Shown: piece by piece, positions 28,075-38,047 of the stretch
Layout: each line of letters starts with the position of its first letter
How positions within the stretch are numbered: position 1 is the first letter of the stretch
Origin: Bacteroidota bacterium
GTDB lineage: Bacteria; Bacteroidota; Bacteroidia; Bacteroidales; FEN-979
DNA: 64,000 bases
Direction of reading: 5' to 3'
Assembly (NCBI GenBank): GCA_037138335.1
Contig: JBAXIO010000009.1
Coordinates: forward strand, 2,531 to 66,530
Program-made: the position numbers and the translations under genes
The notes under the pieces: generated by a model
What the model was told of the DNA's origin: nothing
The model's input: the letters and a program-made list of their open reading frames with translations, nothing else
Databases searched by the model: none

Positions 28075-31000
28075 TTATTTGTTTACCAGTATCTTGCGTA
28101 ACACTTTACAATTACTGTTGTGTAAAACGACGGTATATAATCCGCCAGGCAGGTAACCAAGATCAACCGGTATGACAGTTGTCCTGTTAACACTGACGGT
28201 TTTATTTCCGAAGACCAGCAAACCAAGGTTGTTATAAATATCAAGGGTATAAGAAACTTCAGACGGGCTGGTTATTGCAATACTGAAATGCCCGTCATTT
28301 GGAACCGGGGAGATGTCAATGTTCCCGGCCTCATGTTCAGTTGTGCCAACCCACAGGATATATATGTTATTGGAGGAGTCGGAACTGCAACTGCCGGTAT
28401 TAACAACAGTCCAGTACCAGCCAGTGGCATGGGCGGTATAAGTTTGGGAGGTAGCGCCAACCAATTCGTATCCGTCAAGAAACCACTGGTTTCCAGAGGG
28501 TGCATTTGAAGTCAGCAAATAGCCGTTGGCAATGATTACGGGATTGGGTGGAGCAGCACTGACTATAATATTCAGGTTTGAACCGGTCCCGTTGCCGCAA
28601 GAATTCTGGGGTGTAACACTAATCGGGCCAGATACCGCATTATATGAATAGTTCACGGTTATGCTATTGGTCCCGGAGCCTGAGATCAGGCTTGCACCTG
28701 AAGGCAGTAACCATTCATAGGTCGTTGCTCCCGCAACCGGGTCGATCGAATAAGCAATGCCCCGGTCTCCTGCACATACCGATGCAAGCCCGGTGATGAC
28801 GCTTGCGGCATCCGGTTTATTATTCACCGTGACATTCAGCAGTGTTGGATTTTGTGCCTGGCAACCGTTTGAATTATTATAATTTACGCTGAGGCTCTGA
28901 GCCCCGGCATTATTCCAATGAACCTGTATTGAATTTGTTCCTGCGCCTGTTAATATTGAACCGCCGGCTGAAATGGCCCAGGTATAATTATTCATCCCGG
29001 CTTCAGTAGAATAAGTATAATTCACAGAGCTTAAACAAACAGTATTTGAGCCTGCAATTGTCGGGTTTGGTGCAGTATTCACGCTTACGGCTTTAGTGGC
29101 AGAAGATCCTGAAGTACATGAATTTACACCGGTAACAGTCACATTACCTGAAGTTGCGTTTGATGAAAAAGATACTGTAATAGAAGTAGTTCCACTGCCG
29201 GCTGTTATCAAAGCACCTGCCGGGACACTCCAGTTGTAGTTCGTTGCATTTAACACAGGCGATATACTATAAATGACTCCGTTTTGATTCTGGCATACGA
29301 CAGCAGAGCCTCCGATGGTACCGGGCGTAGCCGGTGTAAGACAGGTAGTAAAACTCAAATCGCTTCCATAGGTAGTCCCAACGGAGTTGGTTCCCACACA
29401 GCGGAAATGATAGGTTGTTCCCTCACTTAATCCGCTCAGGCCGGCAAGGACCTGAGTCGCTGTATTACCTGTTACCGTGGAAGGTGAAGCGGCAATAGTA
29501 TTGCCGTAAGCAATGGAAGTGCCCCAGTTGAAAGTCACGGAAGTACTTGCATTATGAGCAATTACCGATCCGTTAAGGGTAACACCCGTACCACTAATAT
29601 TCGTTGCTGCAAGGGTGGTCACCGACGGTGCAAGAGGAACCTGGCCTGAGATCGTGATCATCAGTGAATCTTTCATTGTATTGTCCTGAACGGCAATGGC
29701 TTTAGCATAAACACTGCCATCTATGACTGCGGTCACCAACCCGGTCGGGCTTATGGTAGCGGCTCCGGTGCCCGGTACGATGCTCCAAGTCACATTCTGG
29801 TTTGCCGAGGATGGGAAAATCGTTGCAACCATTTGTAAAGTGCCTCCGGCACTCGTAATAATAGCCGGCACGCCTCCCTGTGTTGCCACAGAAAGACCAA
29901 TAAGACCCCCTATTGAAATTCCCTGGGCATACCCAAATTCGGCTGACCCCCTATTTTCGGTCCATATACCGGCGCACCTGTTTGGGCCGTCGGGAGTAAA
30001 TCCATACCGCCCTTTAGGAGTTGATCCGCCAGCGGTTGTCGAACTGATCTCAACTTTGTCACCCGGCCATACAAAGTTGCCGCTGGCATCGAGCCGGGTT
30101 GCGTAGATTTTATAATTTGCATCGTACACCATGAACATGGGCGAGTCGGAAATAAGGGCAATATCTGCAGGTGCATGCATTTCTGTTGAACTGACAGGGA
30201 AAACCAACTTGCCTGCATCGGTGAACTGCCTTGCCCCTGTGGCCTTCAGGAATTTTTGGGTATAAACACCATATATGGTCTGATTATAATCGCAAAATGT
30301 ACAAACGGACCATACGTAATCTGAGCCCGCCGTAGTTTTGATAAAAGTAGTTGTCTGGTAATCATCATACGTTCCGACAGATGTATTAAATGCCGAGCCG
30401 TTCATGCCCCAGGGCATGGTGCCGTCGGAATTTATCCTCTGGAGGAAGGAATTAAAACGGTTGCCGGTAGAACTGTAGTAACCGTAATATGTTACATCTG
30501 ATTCAGCAGCAATAGAATAATACCTGTATGCTGCCGTAGTCTGGTTGCAGATCTGGAGAGGGGGGTACAATGCAATCCCGTTATTATCAAACATCTGTGC
30601 ATACAGTGTGGAATACATCCCACCCACCTGGTAAACCATGGTGAATTTGCCTGTCGTATTTGCAACGATCTGTCCACGGCTCGTTGTACTTGACCCGACC
30701 AATACCTGGATTGGTGTTCCCCAGGCAGTGGTTCCGCCGGTCGTTATTTTTTGAAGGTTCAAGGTGTTCCCGGCATCTCCGTTCCAGGCTACCACCACTT
30801 CGCCGTTACTAAGTGCGGCAGGGTAAGGGGCCAGGCCACCCCCAAGCACAATGCCATTTGCCCCCCATAACTGGGTGCCGGCCTCCGATATTTTATACAG
30901 GACTGACTGCAGTGATCCGGATCTCTCATCCTGGTAACCGATAATAAGGTTATTTGAAGCATCAACGCAAACATTGAACACATAAGTGGCGCTCCCTGAA

Positions 31001-31308
31001 GTGTAATTGCCCACTAGAATCCCATCCGCACCAAGCAATTTGTATCCGTTCTCATCAATTAACTGGGCCCTCATATCGTAATTCCCTGCATTTTCATGAT
31101 AATAGGCAATCCATGTTTTGCCATCAGTGGTCGGGGCCGACTGCATGTCGGCAACAGGGAGTGAAGAAATCTGAAGATTTACGAAAGTATTTGTATTCCA
31201 TTGTGCATGCATTGTCACGGGCAGGAAGAAAAGGACAAGGAGTGTGACAAATGCAGGAACGACCCGCGAAATCACCGGGCTGAGCGAAAATTGAAAATGG
31301 TTTTTCAT
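28075..31308 (-). CDS. Large secreted T9SS cargo protein: beta-propeller-like N-terminal region, Big_2-like and FN3-like domains, three PKD-like Cys-framed modules, T9SS C-terminal domain
   Basis: Signal anchor VPAFVTLLVLFFLPVTMHAQ. VTWSIVPGTGAATISPTGLVTAV is Big_2-like. APSVTTLAATNISGTGVTLNGSV...YHFRCVGTNSVGTTYG is FN3-like. Three ~87-aa repeats have the pattern C..(Y.Y/YSI)...A(T/N)NY.W..P.GA.I..G.GT.SI.V......G...V.....C (about 28558..29343). The tail ISPVPNDGHFSIAI...GLYTVVLHNSNCKVLRKILVNK is a T9SS sorting domain. Confidence 0.85.
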   Translation of the reverse strand: MKNHFQFSLSPVISRVVPAFVTLLVLFFLPVTMHAQWNTNTFVNLQISSLPVADMQSAPTTDGKTWIAYYHENAGNYDMRAQLIDENGYKLLGADGILVGNYTSGSATYVFNVCVDASNNLIIGYQDERSGSLQSVLYKISEAGTQLWGANGIVLGGGLAPYPAALSNGEVVVAWNGDAGNTLNLQKITTGGTTAWGTPIQVLVGSSTTSRGQIVANTTGKFTMVYQVGGMYSTLYAQMFDNNGIALYPPLQICNQTTAAYRYYSIAAESDVTYYGYYSSTGNRFNSFLQRINSDGTMPWGMNGSAFNTSVGTYDDYQTTTFIKTTAGSDYVWSVCTFCDYNQTIYGVYTQKFLKATGARQFTDAGKLVFPVSSTEMHAPADIALISDSPMFMVYDANYKIYATRLDASGNFVWPGDKVEISSTTAGGSTPKGRYGFTPDGPNRCAGIWTENRGSAEFGYAQGISIGGLIGLSVATQGGVPAIITSAGGTLQMVATIFPSSANQNVTWSIVPGTGAATISPTGLVTAVIDGSVYAKAIAVQDNTMKDSLMITISGQVPLAPSVTTLAATNISGTGVTLNGSVIAHNASTSVTFNWGTSIAYGNTIAASPSTVTGNTATQVLAGLSGLSEGTTYHFRCVGTNSVGTTYGSDLSFTTCLTPATPGTIGGSAVVCQNQNGVIYSISPVLNATNYNWSVPAGALITAGSGTTSITVSFSSNATSGNVTVTGVNSCTSGSSATKAVSVNTAPNPTIAGSNTVCLSSVNYTYSTEAGMNNYTWAISAGGSILTGAGTNSIQVHWNNAGAQSLSVNYNNSNGCQAQNPTLLNVTVNNKPDAASVITGLASVCAGDRGIAYSIDPVAGATTYEWLLPSGASLISGSGTNSITVNYSYNAVSGPISVTPQNSCGNGTGSNLNIIVSAAPPNPVIIANGYLLTSNAPSGNQWFLDGYELVGATSQTYTAHATGWYWTVVNTGSCSSDSSNNIYILWVGTTEHEAGNIDISPVPNDGHFSIAITSPSEVSYTLDIYNNLGLLVFGNKTVSVNRTTVIPVDLGYLPGGLYTVVLHNSNCKVLRKILVNK

Positions 31309-31323
31309 GATATTGGGAATATG

Positions 31324-32604
31324 CTATCTGGCAGTCACAAGGTAGTAATTTTTTTTACCTTTCTGTACAAGCAGGTATTTATTATTTAAAAGAAAAGTGC
31401 TGTCGATCAGGAGATCTTCTGCGGCCTTTTGTTTGTTGATTTGCACCCCTCCTTCCTTCAGCATCCTCCGGGCCTCTCCGTTGGAAGAAAATATCCCGGT
31501 TTTATGGGACAGGAAATCGATGATACTAATTCCGGGACCCAGGTCTGAACGAGGTATCTCACATTGGGGGACCCCTTCAAAAACAGACAATAAGGTTTCT
31601 TCTGACAGTTTTTTAAGGGATTCGTTTGTGCCTTTCCCAAAAAGGATCTCGCTTGCTTCGACCGCAGCATGGTAATCGTCCCCTGAATGAACCCTGATAG
31701 TGATGTCTTTTGCCAGAGTCTTCTGAAGCAGCCTCAGATGAGGCGCCTGCTGATGTTCGGCAATAAGGGACTCAACCTCTTCCCTGCTGAACAGGGTGAA
31801 TTTTTTAACATACTGGGCTGCGTCCTCATCGGAGGTGTTGAGCCAGAACTGGTAAAATTTATAGGGGCTTGTTTTTTTCGGGTCCAGCCACACATTCCCG
31901 CTTTCGGTCTTCCCGAATTTGCCTCCGTCGGCTTTGGTTATCAGGGGACAGGTAAGGGCATAAGCCTCGCCTCCCAGTTTACGCCTTATAAGTTCGGTAC
32001 CTGTAATTATGTTACCCCATTGGTCTGACCCCCCCATCTGGAGCCTGACGTTCTTGTGTTCAAAAAGCCAGCAAAAGTCAAAGCCCTGAACCAGCTGGTA
32101 ACTGAATTCCGTAAAGGAAATACCTGAGCCGGAGTTCATTCTGTTTTTTACGGAATCCTTGGCAATCATATAGTTAACAGTAATATGCTTACCTACGTCA
32201 CGAAGGAAATGCAGGAATGAAAAATCTTTTGTCCAGTCGTAATTATTGACCATCTCGGCTGAATTTGGGCTTGCCTTGAAATCGAGGAATTTTTCAAGCT
32301 GTTTCTGAATGCAATCCTGGTTATACCGAAGAACAGTCTCGTCAAGGAGGTTTCTTTCTTCGGATTTCCCCGAGGGGTCGCCAATCATCCCCGTGGCCCC
32401 ACCGACAAGTGCAAAAGGTTTATGCCCCGCTTTTTGAAAGTGCACCAGCATCATGATGGATGCGAGGTTGCCGATATGCAGTGAATCGGAAGTGGGATCG
32501 TAACCGATATAAGCTGAAGTCATGGCTTTTGCAAGTTCTTCCTCCGTACCGGGCGTCATATCATGGATCATGCCCCTCCACCTCAGTTCTTCAATAAAAT
32601 TCAT
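31324..32604 (-). CDS. tyrS: Tyrosine--tRNA ligase
   Basis: HIGH as SLHIGNL, KMSKS as KFGKTESG, and a C-terminal S4-like domain. 426 aa. Confidence 0.96.
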   Translation of the reverse strand: MNFIEELRWRGMIHDMTPGTEEELAKAMTSAYIGYDPTSDSLHIGNLASIMMLVHFQKAGHKPFALVGGATGMIGDPSGKSEERNLLDETVLRYNQDCIQKQLEKFLDFKASPNSAEMVNNYDWTKDFSFLHFLRDVGKHITVNYMIAKDSVKNRMNSGSGISFTEFSYQLVQGFDFCWLFEHKNVRLQMGGSDQWGNIITGTELIRRKLGGEAYALTCPLITKADGGKFGKTESGNVWLDPKKTSPYKFYQFWLNTSDEDAAQYVKKFTLFSREEVESLIAEHQQAPHLRLLQKTLAKDITIRVHSGDDYHAAVEASEILFGKGTNESLKKLSEETLLSVFEGVPQCEIPRSDLGPGISIIDFLSHKTGIFSSNGEARRMLKEGGVQINKQKAAEDLLIDSTFLLNNKYLLVQKGKKNYYLVTAR

Positions 32605-32761
32605 CCTGACAGATTTTAGGACAAAGGTAAGAAAATCGTTATGACGTTATTGCAGTATGATGTAACATACCATCGACACCCGCCCGGCCGGCGACATGAC
32701 CTCCATGAGCCAGTGCAGGAGCGCCATCTTAGTCTATGTTAAAGACCTTTTGGCATTCAGG

Positions 32762-34036
32762 TCATTGGACAGAATGAACAAATCTGACAACCTCATCCCC
32801 AAATTGTTTATCCAGCGGAAGATCCGGATTCGTATATACTTTGGTTATCTGCTCCGCCTTATCCTTTGTGTCAGTATCTTTCAGCACGTGGTTCATCCCT
32901 TTAATGATCTTTAGTGATGACTGCGGATCAGCCTTGGCCAGGAGACCGGCATCTTCAAGAGATACCTGGATATCCATGTCCCCCTGGATGATCATTACGG
33001 GGATCTTCAGCTTTTTTATTTCCGATTGCGGATCATACCTGAACCAGGAGATCAGGTAGGGCTGTATTGAAGGGCGGAAAAAGGAATTCAGGTCTGAGGG
33101 GACATTGGCAAGCGTATCGCCTTTCTGTAACTTGTCAAGCAGGGGGAAAATCCTGTCTTTTTCAGTCTGCGGAAGGCTGCTGAACTGCTCCCTGAGTATT
33201 TCGTTGGCAGGTCTTCCCGAACCGGCGATGGAAATAAAACCTTTCGCTTTAGCCTGAGAGCAGGCCACTATGCCGATGAGAGAGCCTTCGCTATGCCCTG
33301 CAACAATGATCTTGGAAAACCGCACATCCCCGTTCAGCATCACTATCCAGCCCTGAGCATCGGAAATATAATTGTCAAGTCTCAGGTCGCTTTCTTTCAA
33401 TGCCGAGCCTGCACTTCCTGCAATGCCCCTCTTGTCATAACGCACTGAAGCGACCCCGTTCTTCCTGAGTTCTTCCGCCAGCATTTTATAGCAATTGCTT
33501 TTATTCATGAGGGCGGGGGGGGAATTGCCGTCCCTGTCGGTCGGCCCTGAACCGGCAATGATCAATACCACGGGAACCTTCTCCTTCGTCAAAGGGAGAG
33601 TCAGGGTGCCGTTTATATCGCCTGTGGCTGTCTTCAGGATGATATCCGATTCAAACGGGTTCGCAACCGCGGCTTTGCCATCCTGCTTTTCCCTTGCAAG
33701 GTCAAGCGGCAGCCTGCCTCCGCCCTGGATCCAGGTTCCCATGATGCTGTCAAACTTTTTGCTCACAAGTCCCTCGTAAAGGATACCCATGGACTTTGCA
33801 TTCAGCGAAAGTTTGTTCCCGCTCAGGCTTGTTTCGTCAATCTTCAGCCCCAGGGCATTCTGGTCGGGGCTGTCGAAGGTAGCGTTAAGTTTCCCGTCAA
33901 CAGAGCGGATGTGAAATACGATCTTCAGCTTCGCACCCTGTACGTTCAAAAACCCTGCCCAGTTTCCTGTGATATCCTGGGCTTTCATCCAGCCTGCAAC
34001 CAGCAGGAAGCTGATTATCAATATGTTCTTTTTCAT
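32762..34036 (-). CDS. Secreted alpha/beta-hydrolase (serine hydrolase, S9/S33-like) with an N-terminal extra domain
   Basis: Signal peptide MKKNILIISFLLVAGWMKAQ. VVLIIAGSGPTDRDGN, nucleophile elbow GHSEGS, and late D/H contexts (QGDMDIQV, GMNHVL). Confidence 0.85.
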   Translation of the reverse strand: MKKNILIISFLLVAGWMKAQDITGNWAGFLNVQGAKLKIVFHIRSVDGKLNATFDSPDQNALGLKIDETSLSGNKLSLNAKSMGILYEGLVSKKFDSIMGTWIQGGGRLPLDLAREKQDGKAAVANPFESDIILKTATGDINGTLTLPLTKEKVPVVLIIAGSGPTDRDGNSPPALMNKSNCYKMLAEELRKNGVASVRYDKRGIAGSAGSALKESDLRLDNYISDAQGWIVMLNGDVRFSKIIVAGHSEGSLIGIVACSQAKAKGFISIAGSGRPANEILREQFSSLPQTEKDRIFPLLDKLQKGDTLANVPSDLNSFFRPSIQPYLISWFRYDPQSEIKKLKIPVMIIQGDMDIQVSLEDAGLLAKADPQSSLKIIKGMNHVLKDTDTKDKAEQITKVYTNPDLPLDKQFGDEVVRFVHSVQ

Positions 34037-34209
34037 TTATTGCTGGTTTTTTCCAGGCCTGAAGGATGCCGTTTGGCATCTTTCAAGGCTTTTTCAATGA
34101 TCCATTCAAGCTGGCCGTTTACACTTCGGAACTCATCTGCCGCCCATTTTTCCAGGGTATTGTATACCTCCGGATTCAGACGTAAAACAAATGTTTTTTT
34201 CTCAGGCAT
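34033..34209 (-). CDS. Arc/ribbon-helix-helix-like small DNA-binding protein (58 aa), absent from the ORF track
   Basis: My own translation of the minus strand: MPEKKTFVLRLNPEVYNTLEKWAADEFRSVNGQLEWIIEKALKDAKRHPSGLEKTSNK*. The pattern F.LR(L/I)...Y..L.KWA..EFRS.NGQ.E is that of the Arc-family small proteins common in Bacteroidota. ATGA overlap with the hydrolase start, and 4 nt after the SPFH stop. Confidence 0.75.
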   Translation of the reverse strand: MPEKKTFVLRLNPEVYNTLEKWAADEFRSVNGQLEWIIEKALKDAKRHPSGLEKTSNK

Positions 34210-34213
34210 TATC

Positions 34214-35080
34214 CTACTGATGAAGGGTTCCCGTATTAACTACCGGTGTTGTGTCCTTGTCGGAGCACAATACAACCATAAGGTTGCTTACCATGGCGGC
34301 CTTTTTATCTTCATCAAGCTCGATAATCCCTTTCTTGCTCAATGCATTAAGGGCAAGTTCAACCATGCTTACTGCGCCTTCCACAATCTTTGTCCTGGCG
34401 GCTACCACAGCCGTAGCCTGCTGGCGGCGAAGCATTGCCCCGGCAATTTCAGATGAATAAGCAAGGTATGAGATCCTGGCTTCCATGACCTTAATCCCTG
34501 CCATGGCAAGACGCTCGGAAAGTTCTTTTTCAAGGGCTACATGAACTTCTTCCCCTCCGGCCCTAAGTGAGATCTCTTTCTGCTCATCGTCAAAATTGTC
34601 ATAGGCATAATGACCGGCCAGTTTCCGGGTGGCCGATTCACTCTGGATATCGACGAAATGGGCGTAGTCATCCACCTCGAAAGCAGCCTTGTAGGTGTCA
34701 TTCACCTGCCATACAAGTACGATGCCGATCATGATCGGGTTACCGAGTTTGTCGTTGACCTTGATGGGCTCCCTGTTCAGGTTCCTGGCCCTGAGGGTGA
34801 TCTTTTTTCTAACATAAAAGGGATTCACAAAGAAAAACCCGTTCTGTTTAACCGTCCCTTTGTATTCTCCGAACAGTACCATCACAAATGATTCATTCGG
34901 GTTCACTACCATCAGGCCTTTTGTCATGAAGATGGCAAGAACCATAAGCACTCCGCCAAGGATCCCCATGAGGGCGTTATCCTGTGAATTTACGATACAC
35001 ACTATTGCTGCTGCAATAAGGACGATGATGATCAGTACACTCATGTACCCTGACATCATTGATTTCTTTTCTTTTTCCAT
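34214..35080 (-). CDS. SPFH/band-7 domain membrane protein
   Basis: Two N-terminal TM helices, then a prohibitin/stomatin-like core (VVNPNESFVMVLFGEYKGTV..., IKVNDKLGNPIMIGIVLVWQV) and a C-terminal Ala-rich helix (EIAGAMLRRQQATAVVAAR). Confidence 0.85.
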   Translation of the reverse strand: MEKEKKSMMSGYMSVLIIIVLIAAAIVCIVNSQDNALMGILGGVLMVLAIFMTKGLMVVNPNESFVMVLFGEYKGTVKQNGFFFVNPFYVRKKITLRARNLNREPIKVNDKLGNPIMIGIVLVWQVNDTYKAAFEVDDYAHFVDIQSESATRKLAGHYAYDNFDDEQKEISLRAGGEEVHVALEKELSERLAMAGIKVMEARISYLAYSSEIAGAMLRRQQATAVVAARTKIVEGAVSMVELALNALSKKGIIELDEDKKAAMVSNLMVVLCSDKDTTPVVNTGTLHQ

Positions 35081-35256
35081 GATATTAAAATAATATTAAA
35101 ATAATTCTGCAATGATACGAAATCCTTAATGGCAAAGTCAAGTTTTCTGCCAATTATTTTTCATGAGGTGTGAATGAATCACCTTTTAATGAAAAACCCT
35201 GGGGCTTCCAGAAAGCCGGCCGGGGTGTGTAAACTATTGAAATACAGGATTAAATA

Positions 35257-36114
35257 CTACAACTTGAATTTGATCCCGATATTGATGCTGGCTGTGCTGA
35301 AGGGAATGGTTTTGCGAAGCTCCTGACGGGGCTGGGTCATATCGATGGTTCCGTTGACATTCTTTTTGGAGACAAAATCTGCATTCTTCTGCCAGGTAGT
35401 CAGTTCTGAGAGCCTGTCCTCCCCGTCGACCGTATATTTAATAATCTGGCTGTGGTTGGGCGACCATGTTGAATGCGAGAACTGGAGTTCGACATAAAGG
35501 AGTAGGATGTTGCTTATTTTAAAATTTACACCACCTGCAGCAGTGTAACCCAATGCGACCCCGCCATAATAATTGTTATAGATCTGTTTATTTTCGGGAG
35601 GGTCGGTTGTTGAATTATCCATTGTATACTTTGAAACCAGGTTCGGCAATGCCCCGATTAGAAAACCGAAGCGGGCGTATGGATTTATTTTATCCAATCC
35701 GGCGGAAATCAGAACAGAAGGTATTATGCTGAGCAAATCCCCTCTTATTTTTACCGTTGCCCTGCTTGCACCGATCAGGTGAACAACAGAATCTCCCTTT
35801 GTGGGCATGCCCAGGAATTCCGACACGGCAAGTTCCGCCCCGATATATTTATTGAACCAGTACCCGACGGCCAGGGTTCCGTTAAACCCGCTGCCGAGGC
35901 CCACAGGCACAACGGTAACAGTCTCATTCCCGGCATTTCCTGAATATTTGTATAACAGGTCAAAGGCGGATGAGGTGCTGATCCCCCCGCCGAGGCCGAT
36001 ACTGATATATAATTTTTGTTTGCTTTTTTTCTGCGGATTGATCACTTGTGTTTCCTGTGCCATAACCGAAAATACCATCAGCAGAACGGGGATAAGAAAC
36101 AATGTCTTTTTCAT
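35257..36114 (-). CDS. Outer-membrane beta-barrel protein (porin-family/OMP_b-brl-like)
   Basis: Signal peptide MKKTLFLIPVLLMVFSVMAQ. Alternating hydrophobic beta-strand pattern and a terminal aromatic (INIGIKFKL). Confidence 0.7.
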   Translation of the reverse strand: MKKTLFLIPVLLMVFSVMAQETQVINPQKKSKQKLYISIGLGGGISTSSAFDLLYKYSGNAGNETVTVVPVGLGSGFNGTLAVGYWFNKYIGAELAVSEFLGMPTKGDSVVHLIGASRATVKIRGDLLSIIPSVLISAGLDKINPYARFGFLIGALPNLVSKYTMDNSTTDPPENKQIYNNYYGGVALGYTAAGGVNFKISNILLLYVELQFSHSTWSPNHSQIIKYTVDGEDRLSELTTWQKNADFVSKKNVNGTIDMTQPRQELRKTIPFSTASINIGIKFKL

Positions 36115-36279
36115 AATTTCAGGTTTTGTAAAGGTTACCGAAAATATCGTTTATGCTAAGATATGAACATTTGATAAAAATTTAACAGCAGGGGCTAAAA
36201 ATATTTCATGGGTAATATTTTCTTAAAATATATAGTTATCACGATTGTATCGTTTATTTTTATGAGATAATTCATACTG

Positions 36280-37479
36280 ATGAAAAACCTGATAATTGTT
36301 GTATTTATCCTTTGCCTTGCCTCGTTGAAGGCGCAGACCGGCAGTGAGTTTAAAGCTGCTGATGTCATAGCCCTGAATGCCCCGGATTCCTGCCAGTTGT
36401 CGGTATCTGCGCTCGGGAGGTATTTCTCAAAAACATTTAAAGATCCGGCTCTGAGACTCAGGGCGATCTATAGCTGGACAGCCATGAAGATCAAATATGA
36501 TGTTGCAAACATGGGCAAGGTGAATGCGGCTACCCCATTCAATGAACTGGTTGACAGAACGATGCAAACAAGAACCGCTATCTGCCAGGGTTATGCCTCA
36601 GTATTCAAAGCCTTATGCGATGCCTGCGGGATCAAAGCCTGGGTGGTCAACGGGTATACACGCCAGAACGGCCATATCAACACGATCAGCCATGCCTGGA
36701 TCATAGCAGCCCCCGATACTTCATATTATGGTTTCGATGCTACATGGGGAGGAGGTTTCATAAGCAATGGGATTTATATAAAGCAGTTCAATGAACAGTT
36801 TTTTATGATGAAACCAGAGGACCTTATTAAGGACCACATGCCGTTTGACCCTATGTGGGAATGCTTGCATTATCCTGTCGACAACCTTGATTTCACAAGC
36901 GGTAAAACAAATACTGTAGCAGGAACCGCGTTTTTTTCCTTCCCCGACACGATCAGCGCATACACTGCGCTCAGCCAGGGCGAACAATGCAAAGCCGCAT
37001 TGCGCAGGCTGCAAGCCGCAGCTGTAATCAACGACCTGCTGACCGACTGGTCTTCGTATTTGAAACAATGTGTTGAAAACAATAACCGTAACGAGCTTGT
37101 GGGTGAAAAAAATAAATACGTGAGGCAATTCAATGATGCTGTTGCGAGCTATAACAACTGCATTTATGCTTTCAACCAGTATGCCGATTACTGGAACATG
37201 CAGTTCGCCCCTTCAAAACCGGAGCCCGAGATAGCACAAATGCTTCAAACCTGTTATTCTTACCTGGATTCCTGTAAACAGTCCCTTTCACAGGTTGTTA
37301 CCGGCGACCCCGGCATGAAACAGAGCGCAGACCAGTTGAAACTGGCGATTGATGTGGCCCGGGAGAACCTGGACAAACAAAAGGTTTTCCTGAAAATATA
37401 TTTCAATACCGATCCACCCTCACGGCCTCAGTTATTCCAGAACTATAACGGCGCAGGATTTCCCACAAAGAAGAAATGA
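36280..37479 (+). CDS. Transglutaminase-like cysteine peptidase-fold protein, secreted
   Basis: Signal peptide. Cys-His-Asp arrangement CQGYASVF ... SHAWIIAA ... GFDATWG, typical of the transglutaminase-core superfamily. Confidence 0.8.
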   Translation: MKNLIIVVFILCLASLKAQTGSEFKAADVIALNAPDSCQLSVSALGRYFSKTFKDPALRLRAIYSWTAMKIKYDVANMGKVNAATPFNELVDRTMQTRTAICQGYASVFKALCDACGIKAWVVNGYTRQNGHINTISHAWIIAAPDTSYYGFDATWGGGFISNGIYIKQFNEQFFMMKPEDLIKDHMPFDPMWECLHYPVDNLDFTSGKTNTVAGTAFFSFPDTISAYTALSQGEQCKAALRRLQAAAVINDLLTDWSSYLKQCVENNNRNELVGEKNKYVRQFNDAVASYNNCIYAFNQYADYWNMQFAPSKPEPEIAQMLQTCYSYLDSCKQSLSQVVTGDPGMKQSADQLKLAIDVARENLDKQKVFLKIYFNTDPPSRPQLFQNYNGAGFPTKKK

Positions 37480-38046
37480 TCAGGCGTAGAGAAGAATAAT
37501 TATTGCCGGGACAATGATCCCGATAAGAGCCAGTACCGCACCTCTCCATTTGATGCCGTTCCTGCCCCTGAGAATGAATAACCCGGTGACGGCAAGCAGT
37601 ACCATGGCAATGGCATAGGCATCTGAAAACCATGTAAACCAGTGTTTTATACTGTTATAATGCAGGAGATTGAACTCCTTGAGGATGTACCTTGGGGTTT
37701 TCTTTTCCAGTTCAGCCTTACCGGTAACCATATCAACATACAGGCTGCCATTGTCAAAAAAGATCTGCATATACCCTGTCCCCGGTACGAAACTCCTGTA
37801 GTGCTTTTCCTCATGGACCTGTTCAAGCGCTTTTATTGCAAATGCCTTATCGGCAGTGACATTGGCAGGCAGGGGAATAGTTAATTCCTCAAATTTCTTG
37901 CTGTAATCGGGATGGACAAAATCGCCCGATTTAAAATGATTGAGAATGATACCCGACAAGGCGTAAATCAGGGTCATCCCGAAGAAAAAATACCCCAGAT
38001 CGCGGTGAATGGCATTGTTCCACCGCCGTAAAGTCTTGCGCTGCAT
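37480..38046 (-). CDS. PepSY-associated TM-helix family membrane protein
   Basis: N-terminus RRWNNAIHRDLGYFFFGMTLIYALSGIILNH and C-terminus LHYNSIKHWFTWFSDAYAIAMVLLAVTGLFIL, the PepSY_TM-like pattern. Confidence 0.7.
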   Translation of the reverse strand: MQRKTLRRWNNAIHRDLGYFFFGMTLIYALSGIILNHFKSGDFVHPDYSKKFEELTIPLPANVTADKAFAIKALEQVHEEKHYRSFVPGTGYMQIFFDNGSLYVDMVTGKAELEKKTPRYILKEFNLLHYNSIKHWFTWFSDAYAIAMVLLAVTGLFILRGRNGIKWRGAVLALIGIIVPAIIILLYA

Positions 38047-38047
38047 A

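Noticed and set aside
32640-32761. A GC-rich island (…CGACACCCGCCCGGCCGGCGACATGACCTCCATGAGCCAGTGCAGGAGCGCC…) in the spacer upstream of tyrS, considered as a riboswitch, leader or small RNA.
   Set aside because: I could only draw short imperfect stems. No known riboswitch core is visible, and T-box leaders are not expected in Bacteroidota. It is not supportable without covariance search.
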